NCBI GenBank assembly: GCA_000165425.1
Contig: CT868655.1
Span: 186,001-250,000, forward strand
Reading direction: 5' to 3'
Origin: Paramecium tetraurelia
Lineage: Eukaryota
DNA: 64,000 nt
Shown here: positions 25,841-39,049 of the stretch, piece after piece
Layout: every line of letters starts with the position of its first letter
How positions within the stretch are numbered: position 1 is the first letter of the stretch
Position numbers and translations under genes: made by a program
The notes under the pieces: model-generated
Told to the model about the DNA's origin: nothing
The model's database searches: none
What the model saw: only the letters and a program-made list of their open reading frames with translations

Positions 25841-26517
25841 TATAACTTTTATTATTATTATTAATAATTTAATAATCAATGTGAATAATTACATTCCATT
25901 CTTTTAAATATCGAAATTCTTTTAATTTATGATCATACCCATTACTTGTATAACTACTATTTAATAAGATAAAATTATTAAATAAGCTTCGATTTACTCA
26001 ATCACTCAATATAATGAAGAAAATTATAATCCATAGAGTGAATCAATATGAATGAATCTATAATATAAAGACTATTGAATTATATATTTCTTCCATTCTA
26101 ACAATTAATCTATCGTATAAAAATTTTCATTAAATTAACAATTTCTAAAGTAGATCGTGTTTTTAGAGATTTGGAATATAAAATTAAATTGAAATCTAAT
26201 TAAGTGGATACTTTTATTCTAATAGAATAACTGATTCCAACTCTATTGGAAATTGAGAGAATATAATGAAGAGTAATTTTCATTTATAGGTTAAATAGGA
26301 ATGGATAAATGTAGATGTGCAAATTAAAAAGTATAAATTTAAGGGATCAATTTTTGATATTGATTATACTGATTTAGGTAATTTGAATTTAAAGCAAACC
26401 TCCCTTGTAAAATATCCATTAATAATTTAAAATATTGATGTTTATACTAAATCTAGGTTAATAATTGTTAATTACTAATATATTCTCTAATATTATTTTT
26501 GCTTTTAATTAAAGAAT

Positions 26518-27331
26518 ATGGAAACAAGAGCTAAATCAAAAAACTGCTTTGTTATCTAAACACATTCAACTTAATAATTATTGACAATCCGCTCTCCGAA
26601 GATCAGGAGCCAGAGATATTTTACTAAACTAAGCATAAATAAAGACCAAAAGTAAGGCTTCATAAAATTAATATCGCCAAATGATATGAAATCAAACATA
26701 GAAATGTAAATAATTACATGATTAATTTTGTAGACTCAAAAGAAGTTGCAGTTCCGAATCGACATTGGAAGGGACCTTAAATAAGAGATGTTAATATTTA
26801 TTTTTAACTTTTACTCAATAAAAAACAAAATACTAAAGACATTAGTTTTGTATTAGAAAGTGGAGAAAATTCATCCTTTGTGTTTAAGCCATTCTTTTTC
26901 TGTTCAAAGTTGCACTAGTCCAATACAAGATCAGGAGCATCTCTCCACCAAAGATGTCAATATGTCACCAATTGACACATCACCATCCCTACCCTGAAAG
27001 CCCTACAAACAGAAAAAAAAAGAAGAGTTACAGTATAGAGACTAAAAATAGAAATTGTAGTTTTGGCCAAAGAATTCAAACCTTGATTCTCCATTAAAAA
27101 ATGAAGTTTGAAGCCCAAAAGAATAGCACGTATATAAGACAATTTAAAAACTCTGATATAAGATTAACTCGGTTGATTAGTTAAAAAGCATTCAGCACTC
27201 ACTCATTACATACAACAATTGATAATTCCAAATAGTTACCTGCTATAAATAGGCTGGAGTATACTGAAAGACCATGTCTAATTTCATCCTAATCAAAAAA
27301 AATTTCTCTAAAATTAAAGAAAATTCATTGA
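26518..27331 (+). CDS. hypothetical basic protein
   Basis: code-6 ORF with one 28-nt intron; short amphipathic RKWRKFILCVQAILFL segment. Confidence 0.6.
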
Positions 27332-27378
27332 AATAATTTACTCAAATAATTAATTGTACATTATTTTATTATAATATT

Positions 27379-28025
27379 TCAATAGCCCAACTTCTCTAAT
27401 TCTGCATTGATGCTAGTAAGTTCTTTAGCTCCAATAGCCTTTCTTCTAAGATTTTCTCTTTAAACCTTTCTCTTGTAATATGCTGTTCCTCTAATACATT
27501 AGTTTGTTAATTAATACCTTTATTTTCTCTTCTCTTCAAGTCTGTTAACAACTGCTTATGAATTCCATCCGACTGATGCGCATAAATCACCCAATGAGCA
27601 GAAGGGTCTGTGATTCTTGAGTCTGATCAATTTAATGGCATCTGGAATAACTTGTCTCTTTCTTGTGTCATAAGGAGGGGGGACACCTTCAAAGATCTTC
27701 AATCTTTCAAGGGCAGCTGCTCCTCTCTTTGACTTGTATTGAAGCATTCCTCTGACAACCTTCCAAAAGCATCTTGATGGTGTTCTATAGTGCTTGTATC
27801 CTCTTCTGGGATTGAAGGCCATTCTCTTATTTAAATATTCTTCGAAGATGACTCTGTTTCTGAAGAGAGATCCTTCAATTATTAAGATCGCTTACCTGAT
27901 TGTTAAATCAACTCAGTTCTGACGACAACAATTCTTTATCCTCTCTACAATTCCTTGGCAATATAAGAGGCTAATCTACCCAACAAATGGCCTTTTCCGT
28001 CAATCACTATTTCCTTCTCAAACAT
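27379..28025 (-). CDS. RPL13A: 60S ribosomal protein uL13 (L13a)
   Basis: [41 protein letters not shown]; two introns. Confidence 0.97.
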
Positions 28026-28792
28026 TTAATTTTAAATAAATTTTCAAAATGATTTTTATATGATAAAATACTTAGCACTCACTAAATCCATTCATTATTA
28101 GATATACTAAACTCTAATTCGCATTTAATTTATTTATTCAATCACATTAACATCCACATAAATCAATCTAAAATTGGCCTCTCTACTAATCACTTCAATA
28201 AATGAGCTTATTTCTTCAAATTGCGCATTTAAGGAAGAATATCTCACTATATTTTATTTAATCTTGTCATTAAAATAAGATTAAATCAATTATTTCAAAA
28301 GATAACTGCAAACAGAATGTGTTAATAGAAAGATTCCTAATGAATCTTAATGATCACTCTTTAGTTTAATTTTCTATAAAGTTCTTAACTCAAATATTTT
28401 ATTTTTAATTTAGCAGATATTTTAAGCAACATATCCAAAATACTATTCTAAATTATTGCTATATGCTATTCTTCATGTTTTAGGTGCAATTACTTTCCCT
28501 TTTGTGGATTATTTTATCATTCTTTCAATCTTAACAATTTAATTGTTTTTTTAAAAGATTCTCTTTCAAATTTTAATGATTTTTACTCTTGAACTAATTC
28601 TTTATTCATATATTTAAGAATTGCAAAAAACATGATTGTAATAATAATTATATTAATCATATCCATGAACACTTTATGAAATGATATAGATAATATAAGA
28701 TGGTTAGTATAGAGAGTTCATTAAGTTATCATTCAATAATAGCATTAGTGTCAATTTGAGGTTTCTCCTTAATAAATTATATATTAATAATA

Positions 28793-29528
28793 ATGAAAGC
28801 ACCTAAATATATTTAGTAGGATGTAATTAAACAGGTATGTTAGGCTGAATAATTCCAATAACATAAATTTAATTTGGTAAATACCAGATCTGACCCATAT
28901 TTATCAAGAAGAGTATAAAACCGAATTCATTTATTTTTAGCATGTTTTATAGGACAATGATAAATACCAATAAATTCGTGCAAATAAATTCTATACCAAA
29001 TTATAAGTTGACTTACAAAAGGAATAGCAGTTATTGAAGGAAAATAAAAAAATACTTAATCGAATAGTCGATATTGGAAATTAAAAAACTTATTCATCAC
29101 TTCCAAAAAGATCACTCACTAGATAAAATTCAGCTAATTCAATTAAGTCTCTCAATTTATCTTACAGAAAGAAGGAGGCAATCAAAATAGTTGGAGAAAA
29201 TGAGAAATTGATGCAGCGTCTACAGAGAACTCCTTCTACATTTAGAAATAAAGAAACGTTTCTTAAGGACTACAAAAAGTAAGCAATCAATTCTATTTAT
29301 ACAAGGACTGAAGAACTCAAAAACAGAATCTCTAAATACTCATAGCAAAATCAATAAAAGTTGGGTAAAATAGTTCAAAGATTAACAAAAACTACAACCA
29401 ATCAGAAACCTCCGAAATCAAGCCAGAATAAAAGTAGTGCTCCTTCCTATAAGAACTCTGTATTATCTTAATTGCGTATAGAGCCGGAAAGATAATAACA
29501 GAAGTTTTAGTTTCCAAGAATTAAATGA
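28793..29528 (+). CDS. CFAP97/KIAA1430-domain ciliary coiled-coil protein
   Basis: ENKKILNRIVDI...KSLNLSYRKKEAIKIVGENEKLMQRLQ pattern; two introns. Confidence 0.6.
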
Positions 29529-29560
29529 TTAATATATATAATTGTTTTTGTAATTCCTTA

Positions 29561-32500
29561 TCAACAGAATTATCTCTTGATAAGGGCTAAAATATATTCA
29601 CCATCCTTAGGATCTGTACTATTAATTTTCAAATCCAAAGAACCATTCAAATTGTAACAACCATATAATAATACGCAACTCTTATTTTCTGCATTGGCAC
29701 CAGCACAGATAATTTCCTATTCAATCACTTCAATAATCTAAAAGAATATTCAGAATTTATATTACATTAATATTAATTGCTTAGATCATCTTTCTAAAGT
29801 CTTATTCAGATTTAATCTTACTTTGAAGAGTGACTTCTTTGACATTTTGATATCTGTCCCACAGTTGCTCATATTGATCTACATTAATATTGGCTGGCAT
29901 ATATGATTTGATTTATTATTATGGGATTGTCTATTAAGGAGGTGGTTGTGACCACTATTATTATGGTTATAATTGTTATTATGGCACTACTGGTTATTGA
30001 GTTATTATATAAGGTTATTGAACATAAACCTAAGGAACTCCTAGAACTGGCTATTGAGCTGATAAAGGATCATCAATATCTAATAAATTCTAAACTTGAG
30101 TTGGTGGTTTTTACTGAGGTGCTTAGGTTGGATTTGGATTTGCATTCATAGGTTTTTGAGTAGACACTGCAGAAATTCCTTTTTTCTAAGTTGATCTAAT
30201 GTATGAATAAGTATAATTACTAAGGTTATTGCTATGTTTGGGAAATGGAAGGAAACAATTGATTTGCTAATTTCTACTTTTCCTTTAAATTTGGATCTTC
30301 TTTTGGAGGTAAAGGTCTGACAGGTGGAATATATGTATTTTAAGGTTAATTAGTATTCACCCCCATTTATCCACTACCCATAGCCTACATGGCGGTTTTA
30401 GTTGTAGTTGTTTAACCACTTCCATTACTTCCCATTCCAGTAGTTGACCCAATAGCCATAGGAGTGGCAATCACAGGTTTTGGAGCAGCTGGTTACTTTT
30501 AGTTGTAACCTGTGTCATCCCAAGGTCCTGCTATAGTTGGAGCTGATGGGTTCTAATTCGTTGTTTTATTTTCTTCAGTTCCAAAAGTACCAGTTTTGGC
30601 CCCGCCTCCATATTTATTATCACTATAAGGTCCAAAATTAAGGGATGGTGCTTCTGTTGCTGAACCTAAAGCTGCTGCCTTCACTTATAATGAAGGATTA
30701 TATGGTTGAGCTCCACGCTATCTTTCTTATTAGACATATGCGTCTAAGAACGACATTTTGGGATCCACAGTGACAAATTTGGAACCTTTGAGTGCTGCAT
30801 TAAATTTAGCAAGTGTAAAGAAATCAATGGCTCTTTATTAACAATCAAGATTTTTTGACTGCATATATTTTTAAAAGATGGTTCTAGTTTAATCGAACAT
30901 TTAAAATGCTCTTGCAGATTGCAATTTAGCTAAACATGTTAATATCCAGGATATGGTGGTTTCAGATTCTAATTATGAGTCTAATTTTGTGATTACTAAT
31001 TGAGCTAATTCATTCAATTTATTTGGGTCTTAATCATAGATTTATGATCCAATTTCACCAATAACCCAGCAGACAATTTTCAAAATATTATCTTACAACT
31101 CATTTTTTAATAGATCTGAATAAATTTCAGTAATGAACTCACCAAATTCAGTTCCAATATCATTAAAATTATCTATTAATAATTTAAAGAAATTGTTTCT
31201 GACATCATTATCTATGAATTCAGATCCAAATTCAAATAATGTGTTGGCTGTCTTAATGAACCATTCCTGAGTAGGTGCATGTTTTTCATTTAGCAAAGAT
31301 ATTTTAACGAACAAATCCTTTTTGAAATTAGCATCTGAACTTGTTTTGAGGAAATGGATCAATTTTTGAATAATGACTTCACAATTTTGTTCATTTGTCA
31401 TTTTAAATAACAATTCTAAAGTTTCTTTCTTTAATGTATCATCATTAGATTCTAGACAATCTACAATTGTCATCTGATGTTCTAACACATACTTCTATGA
31501 AATAGAAACAATCTAAGTTAAGGCATTAATTCCTAAATATTTAAGATTATTATTATCAGATTTCAAAAATCTAGATACTGAATTGGCTGCCTATTCAAGG
31601 AGACTTTATTGAGGATAAATTCCACTGATGCACTTAACACATTGATAAGTCACAGCATAACCTATATTGATAGTTGTGTCATCAGCTCTTCTTAAAGTTG
31701 ATCCCAATACTTCATAAATCTATTCACTGACTTTCAAATCATTGGCTCCCAAAAGAGTAAGAATTTAAAGCAACTTAATTTATAACCAAGGAGCAGGAAA
31801 TCTATGATAATCATAATCCTCGATTTTAATAAATGAAATATTACTTTATGTAGTTTGTGTTCTATAATTTATTTGAGCATCGAAACAAAAGTACCTGTCA
31901 ATGGCTTGTACTTATTAACAGCGCCTCTCTTTAATTCTTCATGATAGAGATTGAAGGCTGCTCCCATAACACTTGGCTCTTTGTCTTGAATTCCCCTTCT
32001 GATTCTATCATCATAATCTTATTCTGTAATGCAATCCTAGTTCAACTATCTGATAATCTACATCACCATCAATGCCTATGATCATATCATCGATATACTT
32101 TCTTCCTCACAATGTCAGTGTTATGAGTCAATAATTTTAATACAGGTTCTGTCAATGCATTCACAAAGGTCTTGCTGATCAATTTTCCAACTGCAGTAAG
32201 AGCATTGACTACGATGTGAACATTGGTTGATGCCAGATCTTTCTGGAGTGTGGCCACCAACAATATAAGTAGCTCACTGTCGTTATCCAAAAATAAGGAA
32301 CAACACAAATAGCCCAGTCTCTTAAGTGCCAAATTCTTGGACTGTGTAAGATGAATTGCATTGATGTGTACAAAGGATGCATCATGACTTTATACTTCAC
32401 TTTTACATTTTACCCCAACATCTCTATGTAAATTGCTCTAATGAGCATTTCCTTCACTTTTTTCGGTGGCATGTTCTTCTCATTTAGTTTGGTCTTTAGT

Positions 32501-32610
32501 TGTTGAACTTCTTTAATGATGATCTTGTCTTCTTCCTATTTGCTACGAGTCTCTCCTATTGATTTGATCAGATCATGTAATTCTTTGCTTAAATGTGATC
32601 CCGATGACAT
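29561..32610 (-). CDS. AP4E1: AP-4 adaptor complex subunit epsilon
   Basis: [65 protein letters not shown]; Pro/Gln-rich hinge and C-terminal ear. Confidence 0.93.
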
Positions 32611-32830
32611 CCCAAAAATTAATAAAATATATTTTAAAAATCTCGATTATTTCCTAGTATGCATATATCATTAAGTGTTCTATTCTTCTATACCTTCCAA
32701 AGATATTTCTAATTAGAGCTATCATTATCATATGGATGGATAATTACACCTAGGGAAAAGAGCATTTTCATATGGTAAAATATTGAAAAATAATAAACAT
32801 CCATTATAATATACTGATTGCAATATTATC

Positions 32831-33685
32831 TCATTTTAAGGCAGCCAAGTATTCGCTATGTTCTTAGAATGGTGTTGATTCTAATTTGGTGTGTCCCCAA
32901 AGATCTGGGGTTAGGAAATTATAGGTTTCTTTAAGGGCATGGAAGGTTGCTTTCAAGAAGTTTGATCTGGTTCTTGTACTTCCTTTGGATTGAGTGTAGC
33001 AATCTTGGATACCAGCCATTTGTAAGACCTTCTTGGATGTGATGGCTGCAACTATACCAGTACCTCTGGGTGCTGGAACCAATCTAACTCTGACTGATCC
33101 TTCCTTTCCTGTCACTTTGCATGGGACTGTGTGTGGTTAGGCGATCTTGTTTCCCCAATATCCTTTTCTGACTGGAATCAAATTAAGTTTAGCATTAATT
33201 GAGGTTGCATAATTCTTGAATGGCTCCTTGGACTTCTTTGGCTGATTTCCATCCCAAACCAATGTGTTAATGGGAATCTCCAACTACTACGTAGGCCTTG
33301 AATCTGGTCTTTTATCCTGCGCATGTTTGCTTTTAGACTGGACCAATGGCAAGTGGTTCTTCTTTTAAGGTCTTGAGGAAGTGATCGACAATTTGATATT
33401 CTAAATTATATAAAATAATTGATACCCTTAATTGGAATTGAGAATTAGAAAATAGTTTCAAGACTCTTAATTTTACCACCCTTTACTAATCTTCCTAATT
33501 TGGTCAATGGGACCCATTCTTATTCACCACCAAATCTTCTTGGACCTCTGTTTTATCTTGGAGCTCCTCCTTCTCTTCTTTCTCTTTATCCTCTTCCTCC
33601 TCTTCCGAAATCCTTTCTTCTCAGCTGGGGCTGCCTCTTATTATTATTCTGGAGCAGGTGCCTATTGTTACTCTTATTCTGCCAT
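32831..33685 (-). CDS. RPS2: 40S ribosomal protein uS5 (S2)
   Basis: RGG-rich N-terminus, [48 protein letters not shown]. Confidence 0.97.
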
Positions 33686-33763
33686 TAAAATAAAAATCTT
33701 AATTTAAAAATTTGTTTTCAAAGTTGTACATATGCATAAAAAAGAGGATAAAATAATTAATAA

Positions 33764-35617
33764 ATGATTGGTTTTCTCTTAATTATACTTCCACAAGCAT
33801 TTGCAAATTATTTTGAATAGAAGTTGTCAAGACATGTTTATGAATACAAAGATGTTCAAAAAGAGGATATAGTCACGAGTATCAAACCTCCAAAATGTTC
33901 AGATGAATTCTTAAATTATTATCATAATGACACTTTTGTTACTCAAATCTGTTTTACCAAGAACGTATTTTATAATGTGGAAGTGATCTTGGGAGATCAT
34001 ATAGATAATAAAAGCATTTTTTCATTGGCTGTATAAAACTCATTACAATATATAATAGCTTGATTTAACATCTCCTTGGACATGGTATAAGTCAAATTCA
34101 TGTGTGAGTTGCAAAAACCTAAATTCATTAAAATTTGACAATAACAAAAAGTGCAAAAACTCAAAGAAAGTTGGAAAGTGCATTGATTCAAATTTTGAAA
34201 AATTATTCAATGCAACTAAATGGAATGATATCAACGTTCATGGTTAAATATACTCACCAGAATCTTTAATTTAAGGAACTTTTCAAACTGACACCATAAA
34301 ATTACTTGCATACAATTCTTCAAAAAAAATGACAATATCTCAATTCCTCTCATACGAATGGGGGAACAGCACTCCCCCTGCCTTAGTTAATATCACAGGA
34401 TTGCAGATGCTTTAGGCAGATTACATTAACACTGAATTACCGATTTTGGCAGATGGTGTAATTGGATTCGGATTCGGCTATACCGAAACAGATGAAGAGA
34501 AGGCATAGAGTAATACAGACTTCGTTGAAAAATTAGTATAAGAATAAACTTAGCTCCATTTGACCAGATAATAATTCGCTCTGTACACTTATTAGAGTTC
34601 CCTTAATTTTTCAGAGATGGTAGTGTAAGTGGGAGGATTTGATTACAAGTATGTCCATAGACAGCAATAGAATGTGAAATGGATAGATAGAATTGAAAAA
34701 TCTGGTTATTATTGGATGATTTAGGTGGATAAAATTCAATTTATTGTATTTTATTTATCATTTAATATAGAATGGCTAAGGCAATGATTTGATCAATGCA
34801 AACTTACCCATTAACAAAGCCTTACTAACTCTGAACTCTTAATTTATCGAACTCCCCTATAACATTCTGATATCCTTAATCCAAGCACTCGACAATGCAC
34901 ATGTAGGGACAGAATGCAATTTAGTAGATGATGAAGTATTTATAATCTATAATTCAGATGTATTTATTGTATTGCAAGAACTATCACTTCACAACAGCCA
35001 CTGATTATCGATTGACCTTCAAATTTGGAGAACATACTATTCCTATTGATAATTATCATTTGATCTATAGAAAGTGTGAGAGTGTGAGTGAAAACCAGAT
35101 GATTTAGAATTGTCTCTTCAATATCAAGGTTTCGGAATCTGATTATATTATCTTGGGAGAACCCTTCATCAAAAATCATTACATTGTATTTGAGAATCAG
35201 CCAGGTAATAATGTGAGAAGAATTGGCATAATGCCAGCTGCTGTGCATATGTTCTATCCTGACAATCCAGATTATTATGAGTGGGCTCTAATGAAATTAG
35301 TGGGATTCATATTCATTTTCGGTTTAGTCAGCATTTGTTCTGTAACTTTTGTTAGAAGTGTGTGTAAGGATCTTTACAGGGCATTTAAATATCGTAGGGT
35401 AATAGTCTTTTAATATAATAAGGCTTTGAATCCGGAAGATAAGCTGTCACTCAAACAGACAAAGGAGGTGGACGAACCAGACTATACAACTGAGGAGGAT
35501 ATTCAAATTCAACAGTAAAATGAGGATGAGAAGAAGGTAGATGAATGGACATAACAATAAGAATAGTTTAAATTTGGAGAGAAATTTACTAATTAATATG
35601 AATAAAATGCATTGTGA
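33764..35617 (+). CDS. pepsin-fold (A1) type-I membrane protein, probably catalytically inactive
   Basis: signal peptide; LALDLTSPWTW, ADGVIGFG, VGGFD, YYWMI.VDKI, ILGEPFIKNHYIVF, RRIGI, then a TM helix and acidic tail; both DTG motifs are degenerate. Confidence 0.75.
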
Positions 35618-35669
35618 TTAAAATGACATACATATATATATATATGTTTACATAGTATGATGTTTGCGA

Positions 35670-36888
35670 TCAAATTTTGGAATTGAAAGTTTCACCCTCA
35701 CCCAAATATGTGATGCCATCTATTTTCCCATTGGGCATTTAAGGATTACATGGGGTGTCTTCTAAAGTTTGAGGAGGTTGGTTAACTACTCTTGTTGAGT
35801 TTTTTAAATTGCTCTTTTCAGCAAATGTTTTGAGTGGAGACACCTACAGATGAATGACATCCCAGCTGATGGAATTGAAGAAGGGGTGATTCTTTATTTC
35901 ATCATATCCTCCTTTAACTCCTATGCGTTCTTTAGGATCATTTTTGAGTAGTTTCTGAATTAAATCACATGCAGCTGGACTCATGGTCTTAGGATAGTTA
36001 GGATCGTTGAGTAAAATTTGTTTGGTGATCATTTCAACTCTTCTTTATGGATCGTGGAATGGTGGATTACCATTGATCATTTCAAAAATCAGAATTCCTA
36101 TTCACTGTATAAATGCTAAGATACCAAGGGTCCATATATCAACTTCGTAAGAATGACCTTGTCTGGTAATGATTTCTGGAGCCAAGTACTCAGGAGTGCC
36201 AGCTAAGAGGTAAGATTTCTCATTATCTTTTCTTAATGTTGCTAATCCAAAATCTGTCAATTTAACGTGTCCTGTTTCAGTCAATAGAATGTAATTTCTG
36301 GTTTTAAATCTCTGTAAATCACCTTCAGTTTTGTATTTAAGTATTCAAGTGCCAATACTACTTCTGCTGCGACGAATCTTACAACATTTTCAGGTAATCC
36401 ACTCCTCTTACATTTGAGAACATTATAAAATTACCCTCCATTGATACACTCCATCACAAAGAAGATATATTTAGGGTTTTGGAATGCGAATTTCAATTTG
36501 ACTATGAAGGGATGTTTGCTTTATTTTAATACATTTCTTTCTAAAACTGTGTTGGTTTCTAAATTGCATTCTCTAATTTTCTTTATCTAAATTTATTTCA
36601 TTGCATAAATTTTATTAGTGTCCTTCTTTCTCACCTAATAAACTTTCCCGAAAGCCCCCTAATTTTGGATTAGTTATAATACTTGTCCTAGCATTCCTAT
36701 TTTGATAAAATCATCTTGACTGATCTGCTGTTTTAATGGAGGTGGTGGGATAACTACCAACACAGGTTGCTTAGATGCACTATTAGTCACCAATTTAGCT
36801 ACTGTCAGACACAATGAATACTTTTGTCATCACTTATTGAACTAATGAAGGACGTTTTTAGATCATGATTAGGACAACAATTTCCCAT
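35670..36888 (-). CDS. AGC (RSK/S6K/SGK-like) kinase with N-terminal MGNCC; frameshifted in the catalytic loop, possible pseudogene
   Basis: GQGAFGKV, YAMK, HPFIVKL, YRDLKPE | [21 protein letters not shown]; 2 extra nt between PE and ILL. Confidence 0.8.
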
Positions 36889-36961
36889 AAACTATTATAT
36901 TAATAATTCATAAAATTTCATTTATTAGAGTCCAAAGATTTCCAATAATTTTAATTAAATA

Positions 36962-37202
36962 ATGTATTTACCCACATTTTACAAATTAGGATACGAAGCT
37001 TGGAGTGCCAAGGGCAAGAGATTCTTGGGAATTATGCCCGCTGTTGGATGCTGGGGTATGCCTTACTATTTTATTCCATTTTAGCTGTCTGGGCACTCTA
37101 CCCAAATCTTTACAACACAGTATACACTGATTTCATCCCCCCTCCCAAAGGTAATTGTATGTCCTAAATGAAGGTGTCTAAAGAAGAGTACAGGAAGTCT
37201 GA
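36962..37202 (+). CDS. 62-aa single-TM microprotein, possibly a ciliate cytochrome bc1 small subunit (QCR10-like)
   Basis: MYLPTFYKLGYEAWSAKGKRFLGIMPAVGCWAVWALYPNLYNTVYTDFIPPPKGVQRRVQEV after removing 29- and 23-nt introns; functional call from recalled similarity only. Confidence 0.65.
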
Positions 37203-37352
37203 GACATTGATATATTATTATTTGAAAATTAAGATCATACAATACTTCTTAGCTATCGAATATAAGTCACCCATTAGAATTCGATATATTTCCATAGTTT
37301 TTATTCAATATGTTATACAAATATATATAAATTCTAACACACTATCAACATT

Positions 37353-38998
37353 TCACTTGTTTCTCTAAAAGACTACATATTCGTTAACCTATTTCGATCA
37401 TGCAAATACATTACCATGCAAAGTGGACTTCAGAGCTTAATACTCCTGTTAATTTTTAATTAAGAAATTTAGAATAGATTGCTACATTTACTAATCGATC
37501 AAGATCAAAAATTTCTTGATCACATAATTAGCAAACTAATGATTTGCCAATTGTACAAAGTTAGAAGCTACATAGGAGAACTATTATTAAGCTTAGTTTC
37601 TAAATAGCAGCCAGTTTAGAACAGTTATCAATTCAGGTTTGCTCAAAGTCTCCAAAGCCCTTTCGACAGTATTGCTAATACTTATGGAGATGAGTCCTTA
37701 CCTTGCATACTTATTGATGCTTAATTGATAAAACTGTTAGATTACAAGTTAGATTAATCGAGTTTTCTCGGGAGATACAATCCAAAACTATAATATGTGT
37801 TGAAGAATATAGTTTCCAAATTCGGTTTGACTCAAGACTGAATAGTTGGCGATAGATTGTTTAACTAGGTTGGCAATGTAGTTGGGAGCGTATTGTTGGA
37901 TGATCTTGTGAATGATTTTGCAACCGTAGATTTGTTGAGCCATATAATGGAACTAGAATAGGGACATTATATTTACTGATTCTTCAACGATGGGAATGAG
38001 AAATTCCATTTTAGATTTATCATAGGATTCAAGCATCTTGAAAATGACGTAATTGCCATTGGAATCGTAAATCAAAGATCTCATATTCTAAACCAATTAA
38101 GAAAGTATAGAATTCTAGACCTCCTCTTTGCCTTACGAATACTCAATTAATTTCTGCATGACTCTGCAACCGAAGGGATTCTTAGACAAATCATAAAAGT
38201 GCGTTTTCAACTTATTAAACATCCTGCTCTTCAGTTTGACATCTCCACTGCTATCAAAGATCTTTTGGACCACATAATTCCCAAAGACATCCTTCTCGAT
38301 TTGGGGACTGATCCTTTCCAACTTTTGGACTATCAACAATTACTGTTCTGGAGTGCCAGATTCAATGAGTTTCTGTAATTTTCGAGAAATGATTTGATTT
38401 CCCCATAGTGAATCCTATTGAGAATTTAATTTTAGTAATTACTATCAAACTTGAGATGTAGATGTCTGCCTCAATGTCAGGTTCGAAGTACATTAAAGGA
38501 CTGGCTTCATTAGAGTGATAGACTCCCATCCCTATTACGTTGTCACTCTGAAGATCTTTGAAATATTGCTCTTCATTGATCGAAATCACTCTCTAAGATA
38601 GCACTTATTTATTCATTTCCTATATTGGTGATTCCTATAACCAAAGTTCTTTGATATATTTAAACTTTTGATCGTTCAGAGACTGATTAGAATTGGGAGA
38701 CGATTGACCCTCGTTGGTTTTGTTCTTATTGTTTCTTCGGATCAGATCCTTCTACAAACTCAAACTCTGATGCTTCTTAAACTTCTCCTCCTGATCGATT
38801 TCATCGATGAAGTCAAGAATCCCACTATGCTAATTAGTTAGGGGATCTAATTTGGGAGAAGTGTCCAATGTTAACTGCTCGAATTCGGATTGAAGAGAAA
38901 TCGTAATTGGAGAGCTAATCTCCTCTTATCTTCAATAAGATGAACTCTTACTTTTATTTAGTAGGACTGCAGGATTGAATTGCTTATTAATAATTCAT
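37353..38998 (-). CDS. Pumilio/PUF RNA-binding protein
   Basis: DVFGNYVVQK, NPFGCRVMQK, DSNGNYVIFK, QIYGCKIIHK, TEFGNYILQH, NQFANYVIKK repeats. Confidence 0.92.
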
Positions 38999-39049
38999 AT
39001 GTAAAAATATATTTAATATTATGTCGATTATATATCTACTTATCCGTAA

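Noticed and set aside
36301..36310. U UUA AAA slippery-like heptamer just before the kinase frameshift, suggesting programmed -1 frameshifting
   Set aside because: It is simply the D-L-K codons found in many kinases, and shifting there would give DLKTRNYILL, destroying the KPEN motif
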